IMG/VR virus record: IMGVR_UViG_3300028666_000026
Coordinates: 64,001 to 105,391 of that record
From: a virus
DNA length: 41,391 bases
Reading direction: 5' to 3' (one strand)
Shown here: positions 33,965 to 41,391 of the stretch, in pieces
Layout: every line of letters begins with the position of its first letter
Numbering within the stretch: the stretch's first letter is position 1
Program-made: the position numbers and the translations under genes
The notes under the pieces: generated by a model
Told to the model about the DNA's origin: nothing
What the model saw: the letters and a program-made list of their open reading frames with translations, nothing else
Databases searched by the model: none

Positions 33965-35941
33965 CTAGCTCAACTTGATGTGCGCCGGTGCGTTGCCGTG
34001 CGGCTCGCTGGCCCACTTGATGAAGTACACCGCTTCGTACACGTCGCTCTTCGCCTTCTCCAGTGCCTTCTTGAAAGCGCCCACGGTGTCGGACTTGCGC
34101 AGGATAGCGAAGGAATTGAAAGCCTTGGTGCCTTCGCGGTACGGGTTGCCGTCGGTGCGACCCTCGACTGTTTTCGTAACCAGCTTGATGGTCATTTCGT
34201 CAGCGTAGGTACGGCGGGTGCTTTCGCGTGCGGCCTTCTTGGCCTTGGGTGCCTTCTCGGCTTTGGCAGACTTGGCGGCAGACTTCTTAGCAGGCGGCGC
34301 AAACTTCGGTGTCTTCGTAACGGTTTCGTTTGCCATGGGAATCAGCTCCTTGCAGTGTAGCACTGCGGTTAAGTGCCTTGCGGCAGCTGGCGTTACTGGT
34401 ACAGACGGAACCATTGGATTCAGTAACTGGTTTGCAGCCGCGATCAGGTCAACTTCGCCCGGCACAGGCCGCAGGTTTCTCAGAGTCTTTGTTGGAACAA
34501 CGCCTACAGCAACCCTGACACCATTATTATATACGCAAATTGCGCCCTGTGAGTTTTCACGCTCCAATTGCATCATTACAAGGCCGTTTTTCGGGTCTTG
34601 GAGGAGCCCGATATCGCCCGGTACTAGCTCCACCTCGGCGTCAGGGCGGGGAGCCGCGATAACCTCTGGAGTGACTGCGAGAGCGTATATCTCGCGCTTG
34701 GCAGCATCCTCCTGAGCCTTACGCTCCTTGTTGCTGAGCGGCTTGGCTACGCTCAGGACTTTACCCGGTACGGTGCGATCCAGCTTCGTGGACTGTAAAG
34801 CCTGCTCAAGTAGCTTGCGCTCCGCCCTGGTGTTGGCCGTCTTTATTTTGCGTATAGCTGCGCAGATAGTTTTGCAGCGATCAGCGAATGTCGTCGCGCG
34901 CGCCGCAGCAGACTTGCCTTCCGCACCCACAGCACTGTAGAAAGCCTGTGTCAAATTACCTATTGTGCATTCTTTGGCAAGTACACGATCACGGTTGAAC
35001 AAATTCTTCAGCAGTGCCATGCGCTTGCCGTAGTATTTGTCACCGCGTAGCAGATCCAGATTGTAGTTCTGCAGTGTCAACCCACCCAGCATTTCCACTG
35101 CGCGTACTACGTTAGCTGGCACGCCGTTGACAGCAGGCTTGGTCAGCACAGTCGCACGAGCGGAGGCTATGTCAGCCACTGTCATACCTTCTGTGCCCTC
35201 CAGTGCGAGTTCTGCGGCCTTCGCTGCTCTGGCCAATCTATGGGCCGCTTTATTCAGCGCTGTCTTGGACGTTTGCATGAGCGCGAGCTTGAGGTCTATC
35301 AGCTTGACGCCTGCCAGACGCGCGGCTTCCGGCGGTGGCGCTGGCGTTTCGGCAGGCAGCTTGATGGCCCAGTTTTCTTCAGTACCCGCAACATTGTGTG
35401 AGTACAGCGCGCCGCGTCCGTCCTTGTGTTGGTAGCCGTGCGCGTAGCCGAAGCCGGGTACTTCCTGCGTCATGACAAAGCTGAACTCCGCCTTGCGAAT
35501 GGCCTGTATCATGGGCCGATCTTTGGGTGGCTTGGGTAGCTCGACAACCTTAGCGGACGGCTTCTTCTTGCCAGCCTTCGCTGCGAGCGCGGTCAACTTC
35601 TCCGCAGCAGGCTCTTCCTCAGCAGGCTCTTCGACAATGCTGTGTAGCTCGTGGTTGGCGGGGTTGAAGCATACCGCGCACTTCGTGGACTTGCCGGCGC
35701 TCTTCGCGTAGGCATGCGGTCTGAGCTCTTCGTCGCCGGGCAGGTTTGTGGGTTCTTTGAATACGGCAGTCTTGACGGGCTGCGCTTCTGCTTCCCGCGC
35801 ATAATCCAGGATGGTCTTGATAACGCGCTGCGGCGCTGGCTGCTTTGCCAAAGTCGTTTCTCTGACGACGGCGGTAGCTGCGGTGGCTGCGGTCTTGGCG
35901 GTCTTGCTGCCGGTGGACTTCTTTGCTGTTCCTTGCTTCAT
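33965..35941 (-). CDS. Large Lys/Ala-rich protein (658 aa) with histone-H1-like AKK/AAK repeats at both termini; putative DNA-binding protein
   Basis: AAAGGAGCG SD. N-terminus MKQGTAKKSTGSKTAKTAATAATA. C-terminal AKKSAAKSAKAEKAPKAKKAARE. Central region unassigned. Confidence 0.5.
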   Translation of the reverse strand: MKQGTAKKSTGSKTAKTAATAATAVVRETTLAKQPAPQRVIKTILDYAREAEAQPVKTAVFKEPTNLPGDEELRPHAYAKSAGKSTKCAVCFNPANHELHSIVEEPAEEEPAAEKLTALAAKAGKKKPSAKVVELPKPPKDRPMIQAIRKAEFSFVMTQEVPGFGYAHGYQHKDGRGALYSHNVAGTEENWAIKLPAETPAPPPEAARLAGVKLIDLKLALMQTSKTALNKAAHRLARAAKAAELALEGTEGMTVADIASARATVLTKPAVNGVPANVVRAVEMLGGLTLQNYNLDLLRGDKYYGKRMALLKNLFNRDRVLAKECTIGNLTQAFYSAVGAEGKSAAARATTFADRCKTICAAIRKIKTANTRAERKLLEQALQSTKLDRTVPGKVLSVAKPLSNKERKAQEDAAKREIYALAVTPEVIAAPRPDAEVELVPGDIGLLQDPKNGLVMMQLERENSQGAICVYNNGVRVAVGVVPTKTLRNLRPVPGEVDLIAAANQLLNPMVPSVPVTPAAARHLTAVLHCKELIPMANETVTKTPKFAPPAKKSAAKSAKAEKAPKAKKAARESTRRTYADEMTIKLVTKTVEGRTDGNPYREGTKAFNSFAILRKSDTVGAFKKALEKAKSDVYEAVYFIKWASEPHGNAPAHIKLS

Positions 35942-35969
35942 TTTTACTGCGCTCCTTTCAAGCGCGGTA

Positions 35970-36071
35970 CTACTTCTTGCAGAAATACACTTGAATGATC
36001 AGCGTGCTCATCACACCGATGATGATGCCCAGAGCGACATTAGCGGCGGCTAGCAGATTGGCGTCGGTCAC
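35970..36071 (-). CDS. Small membrane protein (33 aa, VTDANLLAAANVALGIIIGVMSTLIIQVYFCKK); not in the ORF track
   Basis: GTG overlaps the upstream TGA (GTGA). Single TM helix. Fills the gap before the 658-aa gene. Coordinates are approximate (+/-1) because of a 1-nt inconsistency in my position counting in this region. Confidence 0.3.
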   Translation of the reverse strand: MTDANLLAAANVALGIIIGVMSTLIIQVYFCKK

Positions 36072-36322
36072 AGCTGACCCAGCCTTTCTAGCCACGTGTC
36101 CGGCACAGCTGCCTCGCCCAGCTCGATCAGCTTCGCGCCGACAGCGTGAAGCACGGCACGCCTGTCGTCTTCGCTGAGTGTGGTAGTGTCCACTTCAGCT
36201 AGGTCGCCGTACCAAAACAGCTGGATGGGAGCTGTGTCATCGGTGGAGGCGAAACGGGCAACTAGCTCGTCGCCCGTCAGTAGCTTGATGAATACCTCGT
36301 GGTAATTGTTTGGGTCTGTCAC
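36068..36322 (-). CDS. Hypothetical acidic protein (84 aa), GTG start
   Basis: ORF-track ORF. Start abuts the upstream TAG. Confidence 0.4.
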   Translation of the reverse strand: MTDPNNYHEVFIKLLTGDELVARFASTDDTAPIQLFWYGDLAEVDTTTLSEDDRRAVLHAVGAKLIELGEAAVPDTWLERLGQL

Positions 36323-37320
36323 TAGCGTCCCAGCCCTTTCTGCGTGGACGCGCCAAGTTGTCCGTCCAGCCCGATGTCATTGCCTTTGGCCTGCCCGGCG
36401 CGGTACGCGGCTGACGCCTTGCGCTCGCCCTGCTTGTCTTGTTCGCGCCAGTAACGTTCACTGTAGCGCGCGCTGGCACGTTCGTCGCGACGGGCCTGCG
36501 CGGCCTCTTCTCGCTCACGCTTGGCCTTCTGCGCCGGTGACTCCAGCGCTCGGGCTGCCGCGAGCTTGGCAAGGCGCTCTGCCTCGCGTGCCGCCACAGC
36601 TTCTTCGCTCCAGTACACCGCGCTCTCAGCCTCGCTCTTTAGCTTCAACGCCCACTGGCCTGCGCCGTGGTAGTGGTCGTAATTGCCAGCTTCTTCTTTC
36701 TTCGCCAGGTCAGCCACTTGAATGGCCGTGCTGTAGGCAGCCTCGCCCTGCGTGGCGTAATCGGCCTTGCGCATGGCAGCTGCTTTCGCGTTGATGCGTT
36801 CCACTAGACGGTCAGCGCAACCTTCGCGCCACAACACTGCCTCACGGCACAGCCGTTCGCGGCCTGTCCAGGGCAGCAGACGCTCAATGGTTTCAAGCAG
36901 GTAATCCACCATTACCAAAACGGCTGTGGTGTTGACGACACGGCCTAGTACCTTGTGCCGCTTTACTTGACACAGACGATTCCAGCGCGTCTCCGTGGTG
37001 TCTTCCACCCAATAGCGGCAGAAGTTTGCTTCCGCCACGGTCCTGACAAGGTTGCGTTGCCACTGATACATGGCAGATTTACTGACACGAGCGTAGTCGC
37101 GTTTGGTTTCTGCTTCGCGCGCTGCGACGCCGCCAGCCACAACTTTGTCCTGCACCGTACCCAGGTCTAGGTTGTACTGCGCCAGAAGCTCCTGCGCCTT
37201 GCCCATTGCAGCAGCGGCCTCTGCTTCGTTGCCCTCGGGCCGTGCTGCCAGGTTGAGTAGCAGTTGAATTTTGCGTACTAAGGAATCGCTGATCTCGAGT
37301 GTGGGCGTGTTCGTAGTCAT
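36322..37320 (-). CDS. DUF2786-domain protein with Glu/Arg-rich coiled-coil C-terminus (332 aa)
   Basis: ATG 37320 overlaps the upstream TAA. VRKIQLLLNLAARPEGNEAEAAAAMGKAQELLAQYNL is the DUF2786 signature. Confidence 0.5.
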   Translation of the reverse strand: MTTNTPTLEISDSLVRKIQLLLNLAARPEGNEAEAAAAMGKAQELLAQYNLDLGTVQDKVVAGGVAAREAETKRDYARVSKSAMYQWQRNLVRTVAEANFCRYWVEDTTETRWNRLCQVKRHKVLGRVVNTTAVLVMVDYLLETIERLLPWTGRERLCREAVLWREGCADRLVERINAKAAAMRKADYATQGEAAYSTAIQVADLAKKEEAGNYDHYHGAGQWALKLKSEAESAVYWSEEAVAAREAERLAKLAAARALESPAQKAKREREEAAQARRDERASARYSERYWREQDKQGERKASAAYRAGQAKGNDIGLDGQLGASTQKGLGR

Positions 37321-37643
37321 TAGAACACCTCCAGTGTCAGCCCTGCAGCTTTGGCCATTCTGCGTGCTAATGAAGTGTTCACCCAAACTGGCGTACCGCT
37401 CAACTCACCACGTTTGTGGACAAACGCTGGCGCTGACTTGCTGAATATGTCTCCAGGCTTGCCAAAGTACTGGAACAACGGACCGAAACCAGAACCTTCC
37501 ATCTTGATCACGAACCCGGTGGGTAGCTTCGCTGTTTTGTTAAAAGGCACCCGCTCACCGTCTGTCGTAAGCGTTGCTTCTTCTACAAACTTTTTGATGA
37601 CCTTCAGATGGCTAGGGCTGAAATGTTGATTGTTAGCAGTCAT
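37320..37643 (-). CDS. Hypothetical protein (107 aa)
   Basis: ATG overlaps the upstream TAA (TAATG). Confidence 0.45.
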   Translation of the reverse strand: MTANNQHFSPSHLKVIKKFVEEATLTTDGERVPFNKTAKLPTGFVIKMEGSGFGPLFQYFGKPGDIFSKSAPAFVHKRGELSGTPVWVNTSLARRMAKAAGLTLEVF

Positions 37644-37957
37644 TAGCGCACCGCCTTTTTATTCTGATGCTGGATGGCCAATTTGTTGGAGAAGTCGAAC
37701 TCTTCAGCGCCGCCCAAGAACACGATGCGGTTGTCTGGGTACTGCGCTTGCAGAGCCTCCATTTGCAGATCACGAAGACCGTATGCGCTGGTTTCGGTGA
37801 GAAACAACCCGACGCCGTCGACGTAAACTACGCCACGAAAAGTTCTCGTGCCCGGCTTGTACAGGCGGCCAGGATCACTGATACAGGCGAAGCGGTCAGC
37901 GACCCGCAGTTTTGGTGTAACCTGGCTAACATGTTGATTCTTTGTGGCTTGTGTCAT
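37643..37957 (-). CDS. Hypothetical protein (104 aa; alternative start 37990)
   Basis: AAAGGACGG SD precedes ATG 37957. The ATG at 37990 has no SD. Confidence 0.4.
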   Translation of the reverse strand: MTQATKNQHVSQVTPKLRVADRFACISDPGRLYKPGTRTFRGVVYVDGVGLFLTETSAYGLRDLQMEALQAQYPDNRIVFLGGAEEFDFSNKLAIQHQNKKAVR

Positions 37958-38034
37958 TTTAGGGCCGTCCTTTCTAACGACCAAAACCATTATACAACGT
38001 CAAACTGGGCTGGAAAACATTTATTTTGAGCGCT

Positions 38035-38277
38035 TTAGCCCTCCACGTTCTTCGCGATGTCAGCGTATTTCGCCGTTCCGCTCGCGGAGGCTTTGATGGA
38101 CAGGTCCAACTTGCGTAGTATCGGCGCGTAGGCTTCGCATTGATCGGCCAGCTTGGCTTTGTCGTCACCATCTAGACACGTGGAAATTACTGGGTGTACG
38201 GCGTACTGCGCCAGAACTCGCATACGCAGTTCAACGGCCAGCTTCAACAGCCGCGCTTCGTCTGATGTGAGCTTCAC
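38035..38277 (-). CDS. Hypothetical small protein (80 aa), GTG start
   Basis: GTGA overlap with the upstream gene stop. Confidence 0.4.
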   Translation of the reverse strand: MKLTSDEARLLKLAVELRMRVLAQYAVHPVISTCLDGDDKAKLADQCEAYAPILRKLDLSIKASASGTAKYADIAKNVEG

Positions 38278-38621
38278 TTCACTACCTCCACTGGAACGCC
38301 AGCCTTGCGCGCACGTCGCACCATGTCAGCGGTGCCCTTGGACTTTTCTATGTCTGAGTGAAAAGCTATGACTTTGTCTGGCTGTCCGAATTTCAACATC
38401 CACCCATTGCGAATGGGGCCTGCGGCTTTGTGGTAGAAGTGCCAGTTGGCTTTGAACGTGGCGTGAGGAATGCCGCGCATGTCGGCCAGAACACCGGATA
38501 TAAAGTCAGCTCCCGGCGCGCCGCCCTCAATCACAAGATCATTTGGGCCCAACTTCTTCATGCGCCGTTCTATCTTCTGCTGATCAGTCCAGTCACGCCC
38601 ACCACAAAACAAGTACCTCAT
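38274..38621 (-). CDS. DUF2493/YspA-like SLOG-domain protein (115 aa)
   Basis: AAGGAGG SD. MRYLFCGGRDWTD, VIEGGAPGADF and AAGPIRNGWML motifs. Confidence 0.5.
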   Translation of the reverse strand: MRYLFCGGRDWTDQQKIERRMKKLGPNDLVIEGGAPGADFISGVLADMRGIPHATFKANWHFYHKAAGPIRNGWMLKFGQPDKVIAFHSDIEKSKGTADMVRRARKAGVPVEVVK

Positions 38622-38625
38622 GCTA

Positions 38626-39555
38626 CTACCTCCTTGCCACGTACACTCTTGGTGTGGGCGGCTTAAACGGTTTGTCTGCCGGACCTTTTATGTAAGGATC
38701 TATCAGTATAAGTTTTACAGTGTTATTACTACGATATGGTTGCAAACGGAAGTGGGCTCCCACCAACCACTGACAGTGAAACTCACGTTTACTTTCATCG
38801 TCAGTACCAGAAGGTGTGGTATTCAACCGTCTTAGTAAAATGGTATGCGGTTCATTTGTAAATCTAAAACCATTCTGTCGTTTGATTCTACTTAGCTTTT
38901 CGCCACGCACGGCTGTTGGCTCCATGCCAGATATACGCTGCTGTATTAAGTAGAAGAAAGAATACAACAATCGCTGTCCAGCGTAGAACGTGTCAGTTTG
39001 TTGTTTATCACTGGTTATACAATCAGTCAACGAGCGTTCATCTTCTAAAACTCTCAGTGTAAATTCTTCAATCATCCACAGACCATTAGACATGCGATGT
39101 GGCGGCGTAGCTAGACACGCCATAAACTGGCCGCTATGCAGCTTGACCAGCTTACCATCAGGGTTTTTAGCCACTGAATCCTCGCCTATAGATGCCCACA
39201 ATAACAAGCCTATCGGATGGGCAGACACATCTAAAATAGGCTCTTCAAAGGCCACCCAGCCCACACTAGTGGGCACCAGAGACGCGTCGAACTTGGTTTC
39301 TACAGGCATCGTAGTGGCCAAAGACTTTAATGCCATACCAAAGGATTTCTCAACCAAAAAGTGTTCTCCATGTTGAATTGCTACGTTCAACAAGTTTAAA
39401 AAATTTGTTTCACATCCCGCCTGTTCAGGCCCATACTCAGCAAGCGCCTGCTGGTGAAAAGTGTCAAGCATATCTGGGTTGTTTAGACCTGTGTTGCGCA
39501 AGTAGCGATATACCTCTTCTCGCATGTTCAACGACCGCTCCATAACAGTATTCAT
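38626..39555 (-). CDS. Hypothetical protein (309 aa), lower-GC gene
   Basis: ATG at 39555 overlaps the upstream TGA (ATGA). Confidence 0.45.
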   Translation of the reverse strand: MNTVMERSLNMREEVYRYLRNTGLNNPDMLDTFHQQALAEYGPEQAGCETNFLNLLNVAIQHGEHFLVEKSFGMALKSLATTMPVETKFDASLVPTSVGWVAFEEPILDVSAHPIGLLLWASIGEDSVAKNPDGKLVKLHSGQFMACLATPPHRMSNGLWMIEEFTLRVLEDERSLTDCITSDKQQTDTFYAGQRLLYSFFYLIQQRISGMEPTAVRGEKLSRIKRQNGFRFTNEPHTILLRRLNTTPSGTDDESKREFHCQWLVGAHFRLQPYRSNNTVKLILIDPYIKGPADKPFKPPTPRVYVARR

Positions 39556-40052
39556 GCCGCCCTCCCCGCACACTCAGGACCAAGACCAGCGGCCACGGAC
39601 TCCGGAACCGTCAGCTTGCGTCCACACCGACCACAGCGTCCCTCGTGCCACACTTCCAGTGTCTTAGGCATCGTACCGCCTGCCTGAAGTTTGGCGAAGA
39701 ACCAAGAGAATGCTTTATACGACGGCGCTTCTTCACGCACGCGACTCTTAGTAGTGCAGTGGAACCCGCGTGCATCAATCAGACCCATGTATGCGTAGTC
39801 ATCTTCGTTGGACGGTCCGCGCAGTAGGCTGACGAAGTACACCTTCTGCTGTCCAGTGCCCATCAACAGGTTATTCACGTTTTTGGCAGCAGCCATGCGA
39901 TACGTGAATCGTTCGCCAGTCTTCTTCGAACGCAGTGTAAAGGTGGCATTGCCAGCAAACACGAACCGACCCGTTACATCCCACGTAGTCAGACGGCCTT
40001 GTAGTGCAGAAGTCTTAGCAGAATTGAGTAGCTCAACCATAGATGAACTCAT
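39552..40052 (-). CDS. Hypothetical protein with C-terminal zinc ribbon (CGRCGRKLTVPESVAAGLGPEC; DUF6011-like), 166 aa
   Basis: AAAGGAGAG SD 5 nt before ATG 40052. The ORF-track GTG at 40076 is less likely. Confidence 0.45.
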   Translation of the reverse strand: MSSSMVELLNSAKTSALQGRLTTWDVTGRFVFAGNATFTLRSKKTGERFTYRMAAAKNVNNLLMGTGQQKVYFVSLLRGPSNEDDYAYMGLIDARGFHCTTKSRVREEAPSYKAFSWFFAKLQAGGTMPKTLEVWHEGRCGRCGRKLTVPESVAAGLGPECAGRAA

Positions 40053-40257
40053 GGCACTCTCCTTTCTGGTAGGCACGCACTACACGTGTCAGTGGACCGA
40101 ATGAATCACGCTCGCCCATGTGGAAGGTGACGCGCTCGTAGCCAGCCAACTCCAATGCAGGTTTGGCAATATGGTCTTCCCACTTCCAATACGACTGTCC
40201 ACAGAACTCTACGTGGTCGGCCAGTTTGCTGTCTATTACATCAAACAAATCTCTCAC
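40033..40257 (-). CDS. Hypothetical small protein (74 aa), GTG start
   Basis: AGGAGG SD 6 nt before the GTG, which overlaps the upstream TGA. Confidence 0.4.
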   Translation of the reverse strand: MRDLFDVIDSKLADHVEFCGQSYWKWEDHIAKPALELAGYERVTFHMGERDSFGPLTRVVRAYQKGECHEFIYG

Positions 40258-40610
40258 GACGCCCTCCTGATTCCGAGCCGGAACATCTTGCCCATGTCCG
40301 ACGGCGAGTACCACCGCTCGCCGTCTACCGTGCGACCCAACGCCGTACCGACTTGCCAAATAGGCCGGTCCATGTAGTCGCGCTCCTCCAGGTACACCGT
40401 GGGGTCAACACGGTAGAGCGGTACGTACTGACGTTTAAGTTTCCGCGCCGCGTGACGATCCAGAGCTTTGCGGCGCGCACCGCGTTGACGAGTAGAGTCT
40501 GGGTGGCACTTTGCCATAGGAAATGCGCCGTCATAAAAGATGAGGTTCAACATACTACGAATGTTCAGTGAACCACGCCGCCGACGTGGGTAGACGTTCA
40601 CTATCTGCAC
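40254..40610 (-). CDS. Hypothetical basic protein (118 aa), GTG start
   Basis: AAAGGAGGAGA SD before GTG 40610. Overlaps the upstream small gene by 56 nt. Confidence 0.35.
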   Translation of the reverse strand: MQIVNVYPRRRRGSLNIRSMLNLIFYDGAFPMAKCHPDSTRQRGARRKALDRHAARKLKRQYVPLYRVDPTVYLEERDYMDRPIWQVGTALGRTVDGERWYSPSDMGKMFRLGIRRAS

Positions 40611-40791
40611 TGGTCTCCTCCTTTCCCTCGCGATTGAGTACCGATGCCAGACCTAGCAGTGATGTGGTGCTGGCGCATGATGGGCAGACCGACGATGAGT
40701 TCACGACGCAATTGCAGTTCTGGCAGAGGTACGCTTCTGCCAACGGGATTACCTGCAACTGGGCTGTAGGTACTACGGGCGCGTCGCTCAT
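40555..40791 (-). CDS. Cys-rich small protein (CQNCNC...CPSC; zinc-finger-like), 78 aa
   Basis: ATGA overlap with the upstream gene. Confidence 0.35.
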   Translation of the reverse strand: MSDAPVVPTAQLQVIPLAEAYLCQNCNCVVNSSSVCPSCASTTSLLGLASVLNREGKEETSADSERLPTSAAWFTEHS

Positions 40792-41009
40792 AGCTTCGGC
40801 TCCGTGTCTGGCACGAAGTCATACTGACGATAGTGCCACTTCATGAATGGTACGTCACAACCTGCTTGGTACAGCGACTCGCCAAATTTCAAGCCCTGTT
40901 CTTCCCATTTTGGCTCACGCCTGCGCCAGTCAACTAGCTCGGCGTAATTTGCTGTGGCATTGGCCGTATAGACACCAATGGGGTAGTCATTCAGCATGAG
41001 TACGATCAT
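40788..41009 (-). CDS. Hypothetical small protein (73 aa)
   Basis: ATGA overlaps at both ends. Confidence 0.4.
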   Translation of the reverse strand: MIVLMLNDYPIGVYTANATANYAELVDWRRREPKWEEQGLKFGESLYQAGCDVPFMKWHYRQYDFVPDTEPKL

Positions 41010-41329
41010 CGCGCACCCTCCGAGGAATTGAAGTACCCGGTGCCGTCACCGTTGTCGACATATCCAGCTTCGTCCATGAACACGGCGTTGTCCGGATAGC
41101 GGCTACGCAAATGAGCCGGTATTGTGCCCTGATGCCAAAGATCATTCGTGACGATCTCAGTTCCGTCATTCTTGCGAATGCGGAATATGCGGCCTCCCAT
41201 GCCACGGAATCTGGCAAGCGTCTTCGCTTCAATTTTGGCTGTGTAGTGGTGGCCGTCAATTACCAACCCACCAGGTTGGATGTTCTCAGTCCAGAACCAG
41301 CAACTGAAGCAGATGTTCTTCTTCAGCAT
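41006..41329 (-). CDS. Hypothetical protein (107 aa)
   Basis: ATG at 41329 overlaps the TGA of an upstream partial ORF. Confidence 0.4.
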   Translation of the reverse strand: MLKKNICFSCWFWTENIQPGGLVIDGHHYTAKIEAKTLARFRGMGGRIFRIRKNDGTEIVTNDLWHQGTIPAHLRSRYPDNAVFMDEAGYVDNGDGTGYFNSSEGAR

Positions 41330-41391
41330 CACACTCTTGACGTCGTCCGTGTAACGCGTGCTGTATGGCTGAGTGCAAAGACTACAGGAAT
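41329..41391 (-). CDS. 3' end of a minus-strand gene running off the window (last 20 codons ...IPVVFALSHTARVTRTTSRV)
   Basis: Open frame from the window edge to a TGA that overlaps the next ATG. Confidence 0.25.
   Translation of the reverse strand: MPVVFALSHTARVTRTTSRV

Noticed and set aside
35940-36125. Apparent 1-nt inconsistency between my manual position counting and the ORF-track coordinates
   Set aside because: The ORF-track proteins translate correctly only if a T-run near 35941-35945 has one more T, and the junction at 36120/36121 one fewer G, than I counted. I treated this as my own reading error, not a biological frameshift or pseudogene. Coordinates there are given +/-1.
35811-36177. 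Two plus-strand ORFs (35811-36053 and 35995-36177) in and near a minus-strand intergenic region
   Set aside because: Antisense to the minus-strand transcription unit. Low-complexity translations, no SD.
40568-40846. Plus-strand 92-aa ORF and minus-strand 73-aa ORF (40601-40822) overlapping the small early genes
   Set aside because: Alternative frames of better-supported coupled minus-strand genes. No SD. Junk-like composition.
1-41391. Integrase, transposase, tRNA genes and a CRISPR array
   Set aside because: None recognised by motif inspection. The window appears to be wholly phage structural, lysis and early DNA-metabolism genes.

Overview
The window looks like a contiguous piece of a tailed dsDNA phage genome with contractile-tail (myovirus-like) structural genes. 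I saw no integrase, transposase, tRNA or CRISPR array. It splits into two convergent transcription units that meet at a strong hairpin near 27.64 kb.

Plus strand, 1-27635: a late structural and lysis module. In order it encodes an acidic scaffold-like protein (5'-partial), a head protein, a putative major capsid protein and a DUF4054-like neck protein. Then come a head-tail adaptor-like protein, tail sheath, tail tube and a tail chaperone with a candidate -1 frameshift extension. Next is a tape-measure protein carrying a FlgJ-like glucosaminidase domain, then a Mu/P2/PBSX-like baseplate block (hub, V-like spike, W/gp25-like, J-like, I-like) and fibre-related proteins. The module ends with two large proteins that carry convincing Sec signal peptides, followed by an unusual lysis cassette: an Llp-like lipoprotein, a holin-like protein, a papain C1A peptidase, a permuted NlpC/P60-like protein, a Tat lipoprotein and a GH108-type endolysin.

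Minus strand, 27690-41391: an early/middle module. The most notable part is a tightly coupled operon (27690-33886) encoding a ThyA-family dUMP-binding enzyme, an HD phosphohydrolase, a P-loop kinase, a large protein with an N-terminal class-II (Ntn) glutamine amidotransferase domain fused to an unrecognised C-terminal domain, a GNAT acetyltransferase and two unknown proteins. This is the gene set expected for replacing thymidine with 5-hydroxymethyl-dU and then hypermodifying it after replication, and the exact modification may be new. Upstream on the same strand are DUF2786, DUF2493/SLOG and DUF6011-like zinc-ribbon proteins, a large Lys/Ala-rich protein and many small proteins.

Two other general points. 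Stop/start overlaps of the ATGA/GTGA type are pervasive, and they reveal at least two small genes missing from the ORF track. Functional calls rest on motifs I read directly in the translations; I could not run database searches.
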